Of a stretch of DNA of 64,000 nt, positions 9,693-20,014 are shown one piece after another. Within the stretch, counting starts at the first letter, position 1. Each line of letters begins with the position of its first letter. Position numbers and translations under genes: made by a program. The stretch lies in assembly GCA_963845665.1 (NCBI GenBank), contig CAWJTA010000002.1, positions 1,251,388-1,315,387 of the forward strand. Direction: 5' to 3'. The notes below the pieces were generated by a model, which searched no databases, was not told where the DNA came from, and saw nothing but the letters and a program-made list of their open reading frames with translations. Source of the DNA: an uncultured Verrucomicrobiae bacterium. Lineage in GTDB: Bacteria; Verrucomicrobiota; Verrucomicrobiia; Limisphaerales; UBA11358.

Positions 9693-10250
9693 TCAACGCG
9701 TCTTCAACCTGTCTTTCAACAGGCAAAACGCAAAGGCGGAGGCGAGGATAAAGGTAAATGTGGATGGCTCTGGAACTGGCGCCGGGAGCATCGCCGGGGA
9801 TGTCCATTCCATATCGTCATCATTTGCGGTAAAATCGGCGTATCCGGGCGCAATGGTTGAAGTAAAGCTCACGTCATCGGACGTGACATTGGAATTAAAA
9901 CCCCAATCCCAACCGACCGAATCGCTATTAAAACCCGATGCGGCCACATCCGTCTCGCCGTAGTCGAGCATCGTCATGCCGGTCGTATTCAAGGGGTCAC
10001 CAATGCCGCCAATTGTAAACGACGTCAAGGCTTCCGGATCAATCGTTTGCAAATCGTAGCTGTATTCATAAATGCCGGAACCGATTTCGTCGACCTCGCA
10101 CGTAATGTTGAGGTGGTTGTCAGGTTGCGAAACGCCGTCCGAGACACCCACGAATGACATTATTTCCGAAGGAATAGTGATGTTGGCTCCCGCATCGAAA
10201 GAAGCTGCCGCAAGGCAAATGGCAATGGCAATAATGATTGGTTTTTTCAT
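9693..10250 (-). CDS. PEP-CTERM sorting-domain protein
   Basis: The ORF track gives 9693..10271. The likely start is MKKPIIIAIAICLAAASFDAGA at 10250. The C-terminus VPEPSTFTFILASAFAFCLLKDRLKTR is a PEP motif plus TM plus basic tail. Confidence 0.75.
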   Translation of the reverse strand: MKKPIIIAIAICLAAASFDAGANITIPSEIMSFVGVSDGVSQPDNHLNITCEVDEIGSGIYEYSYDLQTIDPEALTSFTIGGIGDPLNTTGMTMLDYGETDVAASGFNSDSVGWDWGFNSNVTSDDVSFTSTIAPGYADFTANDDDMEWTSPAMLPAPVPEPSTFTFILASAFAFCLLKDRLKTR

Positions 10251-10365
10251 GGCTGAGTCGTGGCCGCCCAAGATTCACGCAACGCGTAGCAAATTTTTTG
10301 CCAAGATGCGTGGTGCGTCAGAAAATCGACGCCGTGATGTTGCGCACGGGCACCAAAGTGAAATC

Positions 10366-11439
10366 TCAGCGGAGTTCTTCAGGGGGAACCACCTGCAACG
10401 CGACGACGGCATCCGAACAATTCCACGAATCGAGTGTCCCCGGCGGCGTGGGCGTGGTCCAGTCCTGCCATGACAAATTATCCGCGCGGCGAGCGCGCCA
10501 GGCGGCGTCTGCGTTGCGCGACATCCAGCCATAAAACTGCGGCCAATACCCGGTATCGTTCAGGAACCGCGCCATCCACCGCATAAAGATCCCATTGAAT
10601 CCGGCGGCGTCGCCCGAGCCGTAAGCAGGCAGCGTGGTGTCCCAGGAAAGGACACGGCGTGTAAAAGTAGCCGCACGCAAGGCATCACCGAGATAGTTGG
10701 TATCGCCGCTGAGTTTCCAAAGCAAGTCCGCCGCCCCGATAAATGTGCCTTCGTTATAGGTAAAAGCTTTGCGGGAAACATAGCCGGTGATTCTCATATT
10801 GTCGCGGACCGCGCCGTTGGTGGCAAACAGCGCGTTCCGCTCCCAGGCATACAGGGACTGCGCCTTTGCAAGATAGGATTTGTCATTACAAATTTCACAT
10901 AGCAGGCATGCCGCGATGGCAGCCGGGCCGTTCACACACGCGTTTTTGCTGTGTTTGTCGGTAGTCCAGTACAATCCGCCGCCCAATACGTCGTCGCAGC
11001 CGCGGGCATAGACGGCATCGAAATTGTGTTTGGCGAGCGCTCGATACTCGTCGCCCGTGTCCTGGCAGCTGCGGGCGCAGGCAATGGTCATCCACATGAT
11101 ATCGTCGTTGTATTTATTGGTGCTCCAATCAGCGCCGTGCTGGTTGACGAAGCCGGCGATGGCCTGCCCGATCATGAGGCGGATCGCCTGACTGTGAGTG
11201 CGATCATAAGCATCTTCAATCATTTCAATCTGCTCGGCCGCCACCCAAAAGTGCGAGCGGCCGCCATCCGTATCCTCTTTGTAATACCCGCGGCCATTTC
11301 TGGCGACATAGAAGTGAGAATTGTAGGCGCCGAAGGCTGTGTCCGGGGCGCCCGGGTCAAGCGCACGCGCCAGACCGGAAGTCAGAATCAAAAATGCGAC
11401 AGCGCAAAGAATTTTCATTCGTGGCGCAGACGATGACAT
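10366..11439 (-). CDS. Glycoside hydrolase family 76-like (alpha-1,6-mannanase fold)
   Basis: 357 aa with a signal peptide. KYNDDIMWMTIACARS (DD catalytic pair context) and GGLYWTTDKHSKNACVNGPAAIAA resemble GH76 from memory. Confidence 0.6.
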   Translation of the reverse strand: MSSSAPRMKILCAVAFLILTSGLARALDPGAPDTAFGAYNSHFYVARNGRGYYKEDTDGGRSHFWVAAEQIEMIEDAYDRTHSQAIRLMIGQAIAGFVNQHGADWSTNKYNDDIMWMTIACARSCQDTGDEYRALAKHNFDAVYARGCDDVLGGGLYWTTDKHSKNACVNGPAAIAACLLCEICNDKSYLAKAQSLYAWERNALFATNGAVRDNMRITGYVSRKAFTYNEGTFIGAADLLWKLSGDTNYLGDALRAATFTRRVLSWDTTLPAYGSGDAAGFNGIFMRWMARFLNDTGYWPQFYGWMSRNADAAWRARRADNLSWQDWTTPTPPGTLDSWNCSDAVVALQVVPPEELR

Positions 11440-11513
11440 TTTTTAGAGTTTGGATGAAAGCAGATTTTTATTTGCTTTAGCGGGTTACTACTGCTGTACT
11501 CGCTGACTAAAAA

Positions 11514-12752
11514 TTGAACCCGCCTAAATCTGTCTTGCGTCAAATTCTTCATCCCGCGGTGATCGTGGGAGCGCTGGGTTATTTTGTAGACGTCTATGAT
11601 TTGATTTTGTTCAGCATCGTGCGTGGCGCGAGCTTGAAGGACCTGGGGTTTCCACCGGAACAAATCCTTACCAAAGGCGTCCTGCTTTTGAATTGGCAAA
11701 TGGGTGGGATGCTCGCGGGCGGGATTTTCTTTGGGATGCTGGGCGACCGCTTTGGCCGTGTCGCCCTGTTATTTGGTTCCATCCTGCTTTATTCCATAGC
11801 GAATATCGCCAACGGTTTTGTCCATTCAATTGACGCTTACGCCTTGTGGCGGTTTATCGCGGGATTCGGATTAGCGGGTGAATTGGGCGGAGGCGTGACA
11901 CTGGTGACGGAAATTTTGCCTAAGGAGCTGCGTGGTTACGGCACGGCCATTGTTTCGTCGGTTGGTGTTTTTGGCGCGGTCATCGGCGGCCTGGTCGCTC
12001 AAAAAGTCGCATGGCAACACGCTTATTTCATCGGCGGGGGCCTCGGACTGATGCTGCTCGTGTTGCGGATGAGTGTGGCCGAGTCCAAACTGTTTGAGCA
12101 GCTTCGGACGGCCGACCCGGGAATCTCGCGCGGCAATTTTTTGACGCTGTTCAACAACGGCGCGCGCTTTATGAAATATCTTCGCTGCGTTTTGGTCGGC
12201 ATTCCTCTCTGGTGCGTGGTCGGAGTGCTGATCACGTTTTCCCCTGAAATTTCGCGGGCGTTGAACATCCAGGGTGAGATCAAGCCGGCACAGGCCATCG
12301 CTTTCACCTATTTGGGAATTACCTTTGGGGGTTATGCCAGCGGTCACCTCAGCCAGGCGTTGCGTTCTCGCCGGAAGGTCCTTTTGGCGTTTCTGATTTT
12401 TACCGCGGCAGCGATGGCGGCTTATTTTTGCACCGGCGGACTGTCGAACGGCACTTTTTATTTAGTTACATTGCTGATGGGATTTGGCGCCGGTTATTGG
12501 ACGATTTTTATCACGATTGCGGCCGAACAATTCGGCACAAACATTCGCGCGACGGTGGCCACAACGGTGCCGAATTTTGTGCGCGGCGCCACCGTACCGC
12601 TGACGCTCGCCTTCAATCATCTGAAGCCGCACACAGGCGTCATCGCGTCCGCGGCCATTGTGTCCGCGGCGTCCATCTTAATTGCCATTTGGGCCGTCTT
12701 TGGAATGGAGGAAACGCACGGCAAAGATTTGGATTATATCGAGCCGGCGTGA
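11514..12752 (+). CDS. MFS transporter
   Basis: 412 aa with about 12 hydrophobic helices. It has the GDRFGR loop motif between TM2 and TM3. Confidence 0.8.
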   Translation: MNPPKSVLRQILHPAVIVGALGYFVDVYDLILFSIVRGASLKDLGFPPEQILTKGVLLLNWQMGGMLAGGIFFGMLGDRFGRVALLFGSILLYSIANIANGFVHSIDAYALWRFIAGFGLAGELGGGVTLVTEILPKELRGYGTAIVSSVGVFGAVIGGLVAQKVAWQHAYFIGGGLGLMLLVLRMSVAESKLFEQLRTADPGISRGNFLTLFNNGARFMKYLRCVLVGIPLWCVVGVLITFSPEISRALNIQGEIKPAQAIAFTYLGITFGGYASGHLSQALRSRRKVLLAFLIFTAAAMAAYFCTGGLSNGTFYLVTLLMGFGAGYWTIFITIAAEQFGTNIRATVATTVPNFVRGATVPLTLAFNHLKPHTGVIASAAIVSAASILIAIWAVFGMEETHGKDLDYIEPA

Positions 12753-12781
12753 GTTGCGGCGCCCTGGCGAAAGAAAAACGC

Positions 12782-14638
12782 TCAATCCTCCACAGGCACG
12801 ACCAGGCTTTCCATGATGAAGTCTTTGCGTTCCGGCGTGTTCTTGCCCATATAAAAGTCCAGGATGGGCGCGGACTCGGTGCGGGGGGCGTATTCGACTT
12901 TGCTCAGACGCATTTCCTTGCCGATGAATTGCGAAAACTCTTTTGGACTGATTTCGCCCAGGCCCTTAAACCGCGTAATTTCCGGCTTGCCTCCGAGTTC
13001 CTGGACGGCGGCGTCCCGCTCGGTTTCGCTGTAGCAATAAATGGTTTTTTCCTTGTTGCGCACGCGAAAGAGGGGGGTTTCGAGAACATAGACGTGTCCG
13101 TCATGGACCAGCTGCTCGAAGAACTTGAAGAAATAAGTGATCATCAGGTTCCGAATGTGCATGCCGTCCACGTCAGCGTCAGTGGCCAGGATCACTTTTC
13201 CATACCGGAGCCCTTCAATGGAATCCTCGATGTTGAGCGCCTGCATGAGGTTATACATTTCGTCGTTTTTATACATGATGTCGCGCTTGAGGTCCCAGAC
13301 GTTGAGTGGTTTGCCTTTGAGGACAAACACGGCCTGATCATTCACATCGCGGCAGCTCGTAATGGAACCAGCGGCGGACTGGCCTTCACAGATGAAAACC
13401 ATCGTGTCACGGCCTTTGTCCTTCTTTTTATCGTAGTGATCCTTGCAGTCTTTTAATTGCGGGATGCGCAGGGCAATGGCTTTGGCGCGGTCGCGGGCCA
13501 TTTTTTTGACGGCCTGCAACTCCTTGCGCAATTGCTGAGTGTCCGCCGCTTTGGCGACGATTTTCTCGGCGATTTCCTTGTTCCGCTGGAAGAAGTGCAA
13601 TAGTTCTTCGCGCACGTTGTTTACCAATTCGGTGCGAATTTCCGTATTGCCCAATTTGTTTTTGGTCTGCGATTCAAACACCGGGTCCTTTAAACGAATG
13701 GCCACGGCTCCCACCATGCATTCGCGCACATCGTCGCCCTCGAATTTGGAATTCCCATATTCGTTCACCGCTTTGAGCAGGCCTTCGCGGAAGGCGCTCA
13801 AGTGAGTGCCGCCGTCGCTGGTGTATTGGCCGTTGACGAAAGAATAGAATGTTTCGCCGTAGCGCGAATTGCTGTGGGTAAAACAAAATTCCAGGGTTTT
13901 GCCCGCGTAGTGGAGTGGAGGATAGATGGGTGCGCTGCCGTCGGTCGCCAGGTCCTCCATGACCAAATCCATGAGGCCGTGCCGCGATTGGAAAACTTTC
14001 GGCTCGGCGCCGGAGATATTCAGCGTGAGCTTCAATCCGGTGTTCAGGTAACTATAATGGCGCAAGCGTCGCTCAACGTGCTCCATCCGGAACTCGCTTT
14101 CCTTGAAAATCTCCGGGTCGGGTTCAAATTCAATAAATGTGCCGTTGGGCTCTTTGGTTTTGCCCGAGTCCTCTTTCTTCAATTTACCGATCTTGAATGA
14201 GGCTTCCACAAATTCACCTTCACGATGGCTGCGCACGAGGAATGTCCGGGACAGCGCATTGACCGCCTTGGTGCCGACGCCGTTCAGGCCCACGCTGAAT
14301 TGGAAGACGTCGTCGTTGTATTTCGCGCCGGTATTGATTTTGGAAACACAGTCCACAACTTTGCCCAGGGGAATGCCACGGCCAAAATCGCGCACGGCCA
14401 CGCGATTGCCCTCGATATTGATTTGCACCTCGCGGCCGTGGCCCATGATGTATTCGTCTATCGCGTTATCCACCACTTCCTTGAGCAGGACGTAGCAGCC
14501 GTCATCTGGATTGCTGCCGTTGCCAATGCGCCCGATGTACATGCCGGTGCGCAGCCGGATGTGCTCCAGCGAGGACAACGTCTTGATTTTGCTTTCGTCG
14601 TAAACTTGTTTTGGTTTATCGGCCATAAAATGTTGCAA
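12782..14638 (-). CDS. parE: Type IIA DNA topoisomerase subunit B (short, topoisomerase IV ParE-like)
   Basis: 618 aa with a GHKL ATPase N-terminus (LEHIRLRTGMYIG, EVVDNAIDE, GLNGVGTKAVNALS) and a Toprim region (CEGQSAAGS, ILATDADVDGMHI). The ParE versus GyrB assignment rests only on the short length and motif variants. Confidence 0.8.
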   Translation of the reverse strand: MQHFMADKPKQVYDESKIKTLSSLEHIRLRTGMYIGRIGNGSNPDDGCYVLLKEVVDNAIDEYIMGHGREVQINIEGNRVAVRDFGRGIPLGKVVDCVSKINTGAKYNDDVFQFSVGLNGVGTKAVNALSRTFLVRSHREGEFVEASFKIGKLKKEDSGKTKEPNGTFIEFEPDPEIFKESEFRMEHVERRLRHYSYLNTGLKLTLNISGAEPKVFQSRHGLMDLVMEDLATDGSAPIYPPLHYAGKTLEFCFTHSNSRYGETFYSFVNGQYTSDGGTHLSAFREGLLKAVNEYGNSKFEGDDVRECMVGAVAIRLKDPVFESQTKNKLGNTEIRTELVNNVREELLHFFQRNKEIAEKIVAKAADTQQLRKELQAVKKMARDRAKAIALRIPQLKDCKDHYDKKKDKGRDTMVFICEGQSAAGSITSCRDVNDQAVFVLKGKPLNVWDLKRDIMYKNDEMYNLMQALNIEDSIEGLRYGKVILATDADVDGMHIRNLMITYFFKFFEQLVHDGHVYVLETPLFRVRNKEKTIYCYSETERDAAVQELGGKPEITRFKGLGEISPKEFSQFIGKEMRLSKVEYAPRTESAPILDFYMGKNTPERKDFIMESLVVPVED

Positions 14639-14769
14639 GCATAGCAGAAATTGCGGTGGTCTGACAAAAGGTTTTCTCGTTTTCGATTAAATTGACCCGT
14701 CCTCGCTTTGCTTCGCCGGGGCAATTCTCTTTCCACGGACCGTTAGACAGGGGCGGGGACAGTGTGCAA

Positions 14770-14814
14770 ACCGGCAACATCCTTTACAGAACAGACCGGC
14801 AACATCGCTTACAG
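14770..14814. promoter_or_regulatory. Two 20-nt direct repeats ACCGGCAACATC(C/G)(T/C)TTACAG with 25-nt period in a divergent promoter region
   Basis: Copies at 14770-14789 and 14795-14814 share 18/20 identity. They lie between the parE-like start (14638, minus) and the ORF at 15009/15018 (plus). Confidence 0.35.
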
Positions 14815-15017
14815 TTTGGCGGCTATGCCTCGGCCGGAACAGTGTCTTTGAATCGCTGGCATCCACGTTATTGCAATACACAAGGTAGCGGTTCCAAAAC
14901 TTGCAAAATGCGAAGGGTCGAAGGTTCCATAACTGTCACATTATCAGATTTCCTTGCGATGGGCGCTTTTCTTTGCCGGCATTTTTTTTGCTAAATGACA
15001 CGGAGTAATTGTACCCA

Positions 15018-15512
15018 ATGACGAGGAAAGGGGATTACTTAAGCGCGTTGGAATCGGCCATCAGAATGAGGCACAAATGCAGTCCAGCGCACCAGAAAAC
15101 GGTGTTCGTTCGGGAAAAAACCGCGGACGAAGAAACCGTATGGGAAGGGTTTGTCGAAGAATTTGAATTGGCCGGGCACAAGCGGGCCAAAAAATGTTAT
15201 GCGTGGCGCTACGTCGAATCCAGTGGCAGGTCGAAAATTATTTCGGTCCTGGGAAATAATTTCATTGATTCAGCTGAGAAGGCGGTGCAGGCTGCAATTT
15301 TTACTGACACCCAGCCGCCTGAGCGAAAATTTTCTCACGAACTGGATCAGATTGCAAAACAGCTTCAGGAATGCAAAGACCTGATTCGCAAAATGGGAAT
15401 GAAGTCCGAGGACTTGTCCGCTTCCATTGAATCATCGAGAGAATCGAGAATCCAGGGAAAACCTTCAACGCCATTTATCCCGCGGTCTATAGAGCGGAAA
15501 ATCAGGCTGTAG
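15018..15512 (+). CDS. Hypothetical protein
   Basis: The ORF track gives 15009..15512 with a TTG start. The first ATG is at 15018. I recognised no family. Confidence 0.4.
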   Translation: MTRKGDYLSALESAIRMRHKCSPAHQKTVFVREKTADEETVWEGFVEEFELAGHKRAKKCYAWRYVESSGRSKIISVLGNNFIDSAEKAVQAAIFTDTQPPERKFSHELDQIAKQLQECKDLIRKMGMKSEDLSASIESSRESRIQGKPSTPFIPRSIERKIRL

Positions 15513-15591
15513 CAATTTTGGAAAAAATTAGCCACGGAGATTCCGGCTCTGGCGGATTGCGAGCCAAAGGTCTATATTTATTCTACTGGCT

Positions 15592-16542
15592 ATGCAAACA
15601 GCACGGCTTCAGGCTGCGTTAGCATCGCGGTTTTTTCCGTACGTCGAATCGCTCGGATTCGTCCGGGACAAACGGCAAGAGCCCCGGATTGTTTGTTTTC
15701 GGCGCAGGGCGGGGACCGTTGTTCAGATTTTTGCCGTGTTGCATCTCCCGCGCGGCCGGCCCGGCTTTTGGATTCAGTTTGCCGAATCGCCTGTAACCGG
15801 CATTGATTATGGCGGCAGCCATCTTTCGCCCGAGGAAATTTTTCCGGGCAATTTTTCTTTGCTCCACGGCTGGCTCGTTCCTAAAAGGGGGCAGAGGGGG
15901 TTTCGGCTTTCGTCACCGTTGCGCCGGTTGATTTCATGGCGGCGGGACGATGCCGAGGTTCTTATTCAGCGGTTGCTGGAATTATTCCCCGAAGTCCTGG
16001 CATGGTGGGAAAGCAAGGCCAAAGGCGCGCATTTGATCGTACTTCCACCCAAACCGCCACGACCGATACCGAGCCATGCGCCGGTATTTGGCGAACCGGT
16101 CAAGCCGTCATTGTTTCAGAGATTCTTTGCCCTCGATGACGTTTGGCCAATCCAACTATTTGGATTGGCAGTTATTGTTGATCTTTCGTTTGCGGTCCAG
16201 GCGCCGGACTTAAAACAAATGTTCGGCATGATTTTGCCAGGTGCGGCAATTGGATTCTTTGCGTCCTGGTTCGTTTTCAAGCTCTTGTGGCATATCAGGA
16301 TTTGGATCAACGGCGGCCCGTTCAAGGAAGGCGACATCGTTCAGGTGATCGGTGGGCCGCATGCTGGAAAAATCGCCGCTGTGTATGAAGAATGGCCATC
16401 CCGAAGTCAGGTCCGTGTTGACCTGGGCGAAGCGGAATGGAAAAACGTAAAGGACGTTTTTTATAACGTTCAGCTTGTCAAAGTGAAAAAGGCTCCCGCA
16501 CCAGTGGAGGTTGGTGCACTCCAGCTAGGACTTGGAAGTTAA
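15592..16542 (+). CDS. Hypothetical membrane protein with C-terminal KOW-like motif
   Basis: 316 aa with two hydrophobic helices (IQLFGLAVIVDLSFAV, ILPGAAIGFFASWFVFKLLW). These are followed by GDIVQVIGGPHAGKIAAV, which matches the G-x-V-x-V-x2-G-x3-GK KOW pattern. Confidence 0.5.
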   Translation: MQTARLQAALASRFFPYVESLGFVRDKRQEPRIVCFRRRAGTVVQIFAVLHLPRGRPGFWIQFAESPVTGIDYGGSHLSPEEIFPGNFSLLHGWLVPKRGQRGFRLSSPLRRLISWRRDDAEVLIQRLLELFPEVLAWWESKAKGAHLIVLPPKPPRPIPSHAPVFGEPVKPSLFQRFFALDDVWPIQLFGLAVIVDLSFAVQAPDLKQMFGMILPGAAIGFFASWFVFKLLWHIRIWINGGPFKEGDIVQVIGGPHAGKIAAVYEEWPSRSQVRVDLGEAEWKNVKDVFYNVQLVKVKKAPAPVEVGALQLGLGS

Positions 16543-16629
16543 GGCGCTTCCTCGGTTGAATTGATCCACAGCTTTTTCAGGTTCATTAATTTTTGCTGTG
16601 CTTTTCGATTGGCCTGCTAATTTGGGCGC

Positions 16630-18731
16630 ATGGCCGCTGTCTCCAAACACACCAACCGCCTTGCCCGCGAGAAATCGCCGTATCTTTTGCAGCACGCGCA
16701 CAATCCCGTGGACTGGTTTGCCTGGAATGAAGAAGCGTTTGAGACCGCCCGGCTCGAGAACAAGCCAATTTTTTTGAGCATCGGCTATTCGACCTGCCAC
16801 TGGTGTCACGTCATGGAGCGGGAAAGCTTCGAGGATGAACGCATCGCCGCGTATCTCAACCGGCATTTTGTAAGCATCAAAGTGGACCGGGAGGAGCGAC
16901 CGGACGTGGACAAGATTTACATGATGTTCGTCCAGGCCACGACGGGCGGAGGGGGATGGCCGATGAGCGTTTTTCTCACGCCGGATTTGAAGCCGTTCCT
17001 GGGCGGCACTTATTTCCCTCCGGACACACGCCAGGGCCGGCCCGGGTTTTTGCAAGTACTCGAACAAGTGGCCGAACTTTGGAACAAACGGGAAAAGGAC
17101 GTCGCCGCGTCCGCAAACGGCATGCATTCCCGGCTCGAGACGGCCACAAAGATTGTGCCGGCTGGCAAATCTGCGCTGGACGCCGGAGTCCTGGAACAGG
17201 CCGCCGTGCTTTTCAAAAGCGCGTATGATCCGCGCAACGGCGGCTTTGGCGGCGCGCCAAAATTTCCCCAACCATCCATGCCTCAGTTTCTGCTGCGCTA
17301 TGCCGCGCGATTTCACGATGAAGAGGCGGCGCGGATGGTTCTGAACACGTGCGAACGCATGGCCGCAGGCGGCATACACGATCAATTGGGCGGCGGTTTT
17401 GCCCGCTATTCCGTGGGCGCGGAATGGCTCGTCCCGCATTTCGAAAAAATGCTCTATGACAACGCCCAATTGGCCCAGCTTTACCTCGACGCGTATTTGG
17501 TCGCTAACGGGCACGGCGCAGGCGATGCGGAAACCTTTGCCGCCGTCGTTCGGGACATTCTCGATTACGTATTGCGCGACATGACACATTCCGAGGGCGG
17601 ATTTTTTTCAGCTGAAGACGCTGACAGCGAAGGCCATGAGGGGAAGTTTTATTGTTGGACGCATGACGAATTGTCCAGGCTTCTTTCACCAAAGGAACTC
17701 AAAGTTGTCGCCCATTTTTTTGGAATCACGAACGGAGGGAATTTCGTGGACCACAGCCATCCGGAACCGTTGTCCGGACTAAATGTTTTGAGCGTGGCCA
17801 ATCCCATTGGCCGCGACGATGGCGCGGCAAAGTTGCTGGCGGCGGCCAGGAGAAATTGTTGGCCGCGCGGGAAACGCGAGTCCGGCCGCATCGGGACGAT
17901 AAGATTCTCACCTCGTGGAATGGGTTGATGTTGGGCGCGTTTGCGCGGGCGGGAACCGTGCTGGACGAACCCAAATACCGCGAGGCTGCGCGCAAAAACC
18001 TGCGCTTTATCCGGGAACATTTGTGGAATGCCGGCGGCGGGAAGACCGGGCCATCGCTCTTTCACCGCTGGCGGGACGGCCAGAGTGATAAAGTTCAATT
18101 GCTCGAGGATTATGCGTTCCTTCTTTCCGGGGTCGTCGATTTTTACGAAACGACGCTGGAAAAAGAGTATTTGGATTTTGCAGTCGAACTGGCCGCCGCG
18201 ATGCTCGAAAACTTTTTTGATGTGAAACACGGCGGCTTCTGGCAAAGCGCCACAGGTTCAAAGAATCTGATTCTTCGCCTCAAGGACGACTACGACGGCG
18301 CCGAACCCAGTGGCAATTCCGTGGCCGTGTTATCGCTCCTCAGGCTGGCGTCCATCACCGGGCAACGGCGTTTTGCCGACGCCGCGGAGAAAACGCTGGG
18401 CCTTTTCGGCGGGCGCCTTCAAAAGGTTCCACAAGCCGTGCCGTTCCTGCTGCAGGCGCTGGATTTTTCATTGCAGGAACCGGCGCGCGTGGTCGTAGCC
18501 GGAGGCCGCGATTCCGTTAAATTTCAGGCTCTGCTCCGCGCCGCCCATTCGATTTATCAACCAAATAAAGTTGTGCTCGGAAATGCCGGCGCGGTGGACG
18601 ACTTCTCGAAGACATTGCCCGCCAAAGGTGAAGTGACCGTGTACTTGTGCCGCGGCCATACGTGCCAGGCGCCGACGGATGATCCGGGAAAGGTGGCAGA
18701 ATTGTTGGCCGAACAAATTACAGTTCAGTAG
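16630..18731 (+). pseudogene. YyaL-like thioredoxin-domain (DUF255) protein, interrupted by a 1-nt frame change near 17853
   Basis: ORFs 16630..17928 and 17856..18731 are consecutive parts of one ~700-aa protein ([20 protein letters not shown] ... [17 protein letters not shown] ... CRGHTCQAP). The second frame is already open from 17667. Confidence 0.75.
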
Positions 18732-18865
18732 GTTCACGGGTTTAACTCGGTTCGTCTCGCGTGGTCCGTCGTGCGTCAAGCACGTTCGGACGTCACAGAA
18801 GTATTCTTGACCGACCAGGCAACACGTCGCCGGCGTTAACTTACACTCGAAGTCGAGCGCCATTC

Positions 18866-20014
18866 TTAATGTCTCAGCCCCATCACCAGCACAATAAGAT
18901 CAGCAATAAAGAGCAGAATGATCGTGCCTTCGAGAATCATCATCCAGCGGTTGGTTTGGTCCATTTTGAGCAGTTGATAAAGGTCGGCGAGCGTCTTGAG
19001 TTTTCCGTCGATGTTTCTGTGCCATCCTCCCAGGTGAAAACGGCTCGCGAGCTTTTCGTAAATACGCGCCAGGTGCCAATCTCCAAAAAACTTGGTGATG
19101 TTGGACAACTCATCGTTAAATCGCGCCATGTCAATGCGGATTTCGCGCAATTGACGCAACGTTTCCGCGCGCGATCGAAGCGTGCGATCAGCCAGGTCCC
19201 GATAAGAACGTTCCAGGGCGTTGTCCAATATTCGGTCATAAGCTTCCAGTTCGGCCAATTGCAGGTTCGCCAATTCCATGATGTATAGGGTTTCGTCAAA
19301 ATCTTCCGGTTCGTCCACAAGCAATGCGGCGTCCCAGTCAATCACGACTAAATCGTTATCATAATAACTGAGGTAGCGCCCGGTGGATTCCTCCGACTCC
19401 TGCTTTGACAATCGGCCGCCCTCGGCTTCCTGCGTGAGCAGCGCCGCGACGTCCCGCCGATGCATTTGAAACCAGCTTTCCGCGCTGATGGGCAGGCCGT
19501 CCCGGCCCGTGGGCGGCGCGGTGATGCAGAAGACCGTGTAGGCTTCTTCTTCGGGCAATTGGTCCTGTGGCCGTATTAAATGGCTTTTCAATTCCATGAT
19601 GACCTCCTGCGCAATGCGTCGGGCCTCGTCGTGAAGCGAACAATCGCCAAACTTTAAATCATGGAACACGACCAGATCTTCTATTCGGTTTACTGCAAAC
19701 GGCAGGCGCATGGTGATGCTGACGGCGCCTACCGGCAGCAGTTTGATGGCGCGGTCGATCTGCACCCTTCCAAAGGGGCCGGCGCGCTCAATCGGCGGCA
19801 GCCGCACCATTTGCGGTTTGTAAAAGAAGAACTGACGTGGATTGCGCTTGCTGCTATCCATGGAGAACTGCTCGACTGGCTGGCCCAGCAGTTGGCGAAG
19901 CGGTTGGCGCGCAGTGTCGTAGGCCACGTCAAAGGCGTAAATATAGACCACCTGGCCCGTGTAACGTTCTTGCAGGCGCGTGGTCTGCTTGATTTGTGCT
20001 GCTGGCGCTATCAT
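18866..20014 (-). CDS. Hypothetical protein with C-terminal TM helix, possibly DUF155/RMD1-like
   Basis: 382 aa. The C-terminal part (FFGDWHLARIYEKLASRFHLGGWHRNIDGKLKTLADLYQLL...RWMMILEGTIILLFIADLIVLVMG) resembles the RMD1/DUF155 architecture from memory. Confidence 0.45.
   Translation of the reverse strand: MIAPAAQIKQTTRLQERYTGQVVYIYAFDVAYDTARQPLRQLLGQPVEQFSMDSSKRNPRQFFFYKPQMVRLPPIERAGPFGRVQIDRAIKLLPVGAVSITMRLPFAVNRIEDLVVFHDLKFGDCSLHDEARRIAQEVIMELKSHLIRPQDQLPEEEAYTVFCITAPPTGRDGLPISAESWFQMHRRDVAALLTQEAEGGRLSKQESEESTGRYLSYYDNDLVVIDWDAALLVDEPEDFDETLYIMELANLQLAELEAYDRILDNALERSYRDLADRTLRSRAETLRQLREIRIDMARFNDELSNITKFFGDWHLARIYEKLASRFHLGGWHRNIDGKLKTLADLYQLLKMDQTNRWMMILEGTIILLFIADLIVLVMGLRH

Noticed and set aside
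16525-17589. 354-aa minus-strand ORF, together with similar long ORFs opposite known genes. These include 12428..13456(+), 23378..24451(+), 26128..26922(+), 31852..32805(+), 41796..42761(+), 44500..45300(+), 55312..55980(+), 56068..56970(+), 57957..58718(+), 59431..60183(+), 62589..63188(-) and 21..608(+).
   Set aside because: Each lies antisense to, or out of frame with, a gene that has clear family motifs. Their sequences are Arg/Gly/Ala-rich with no recognisable domains, which is the typical appearance of shadow ORFs in GC-rich DNA.
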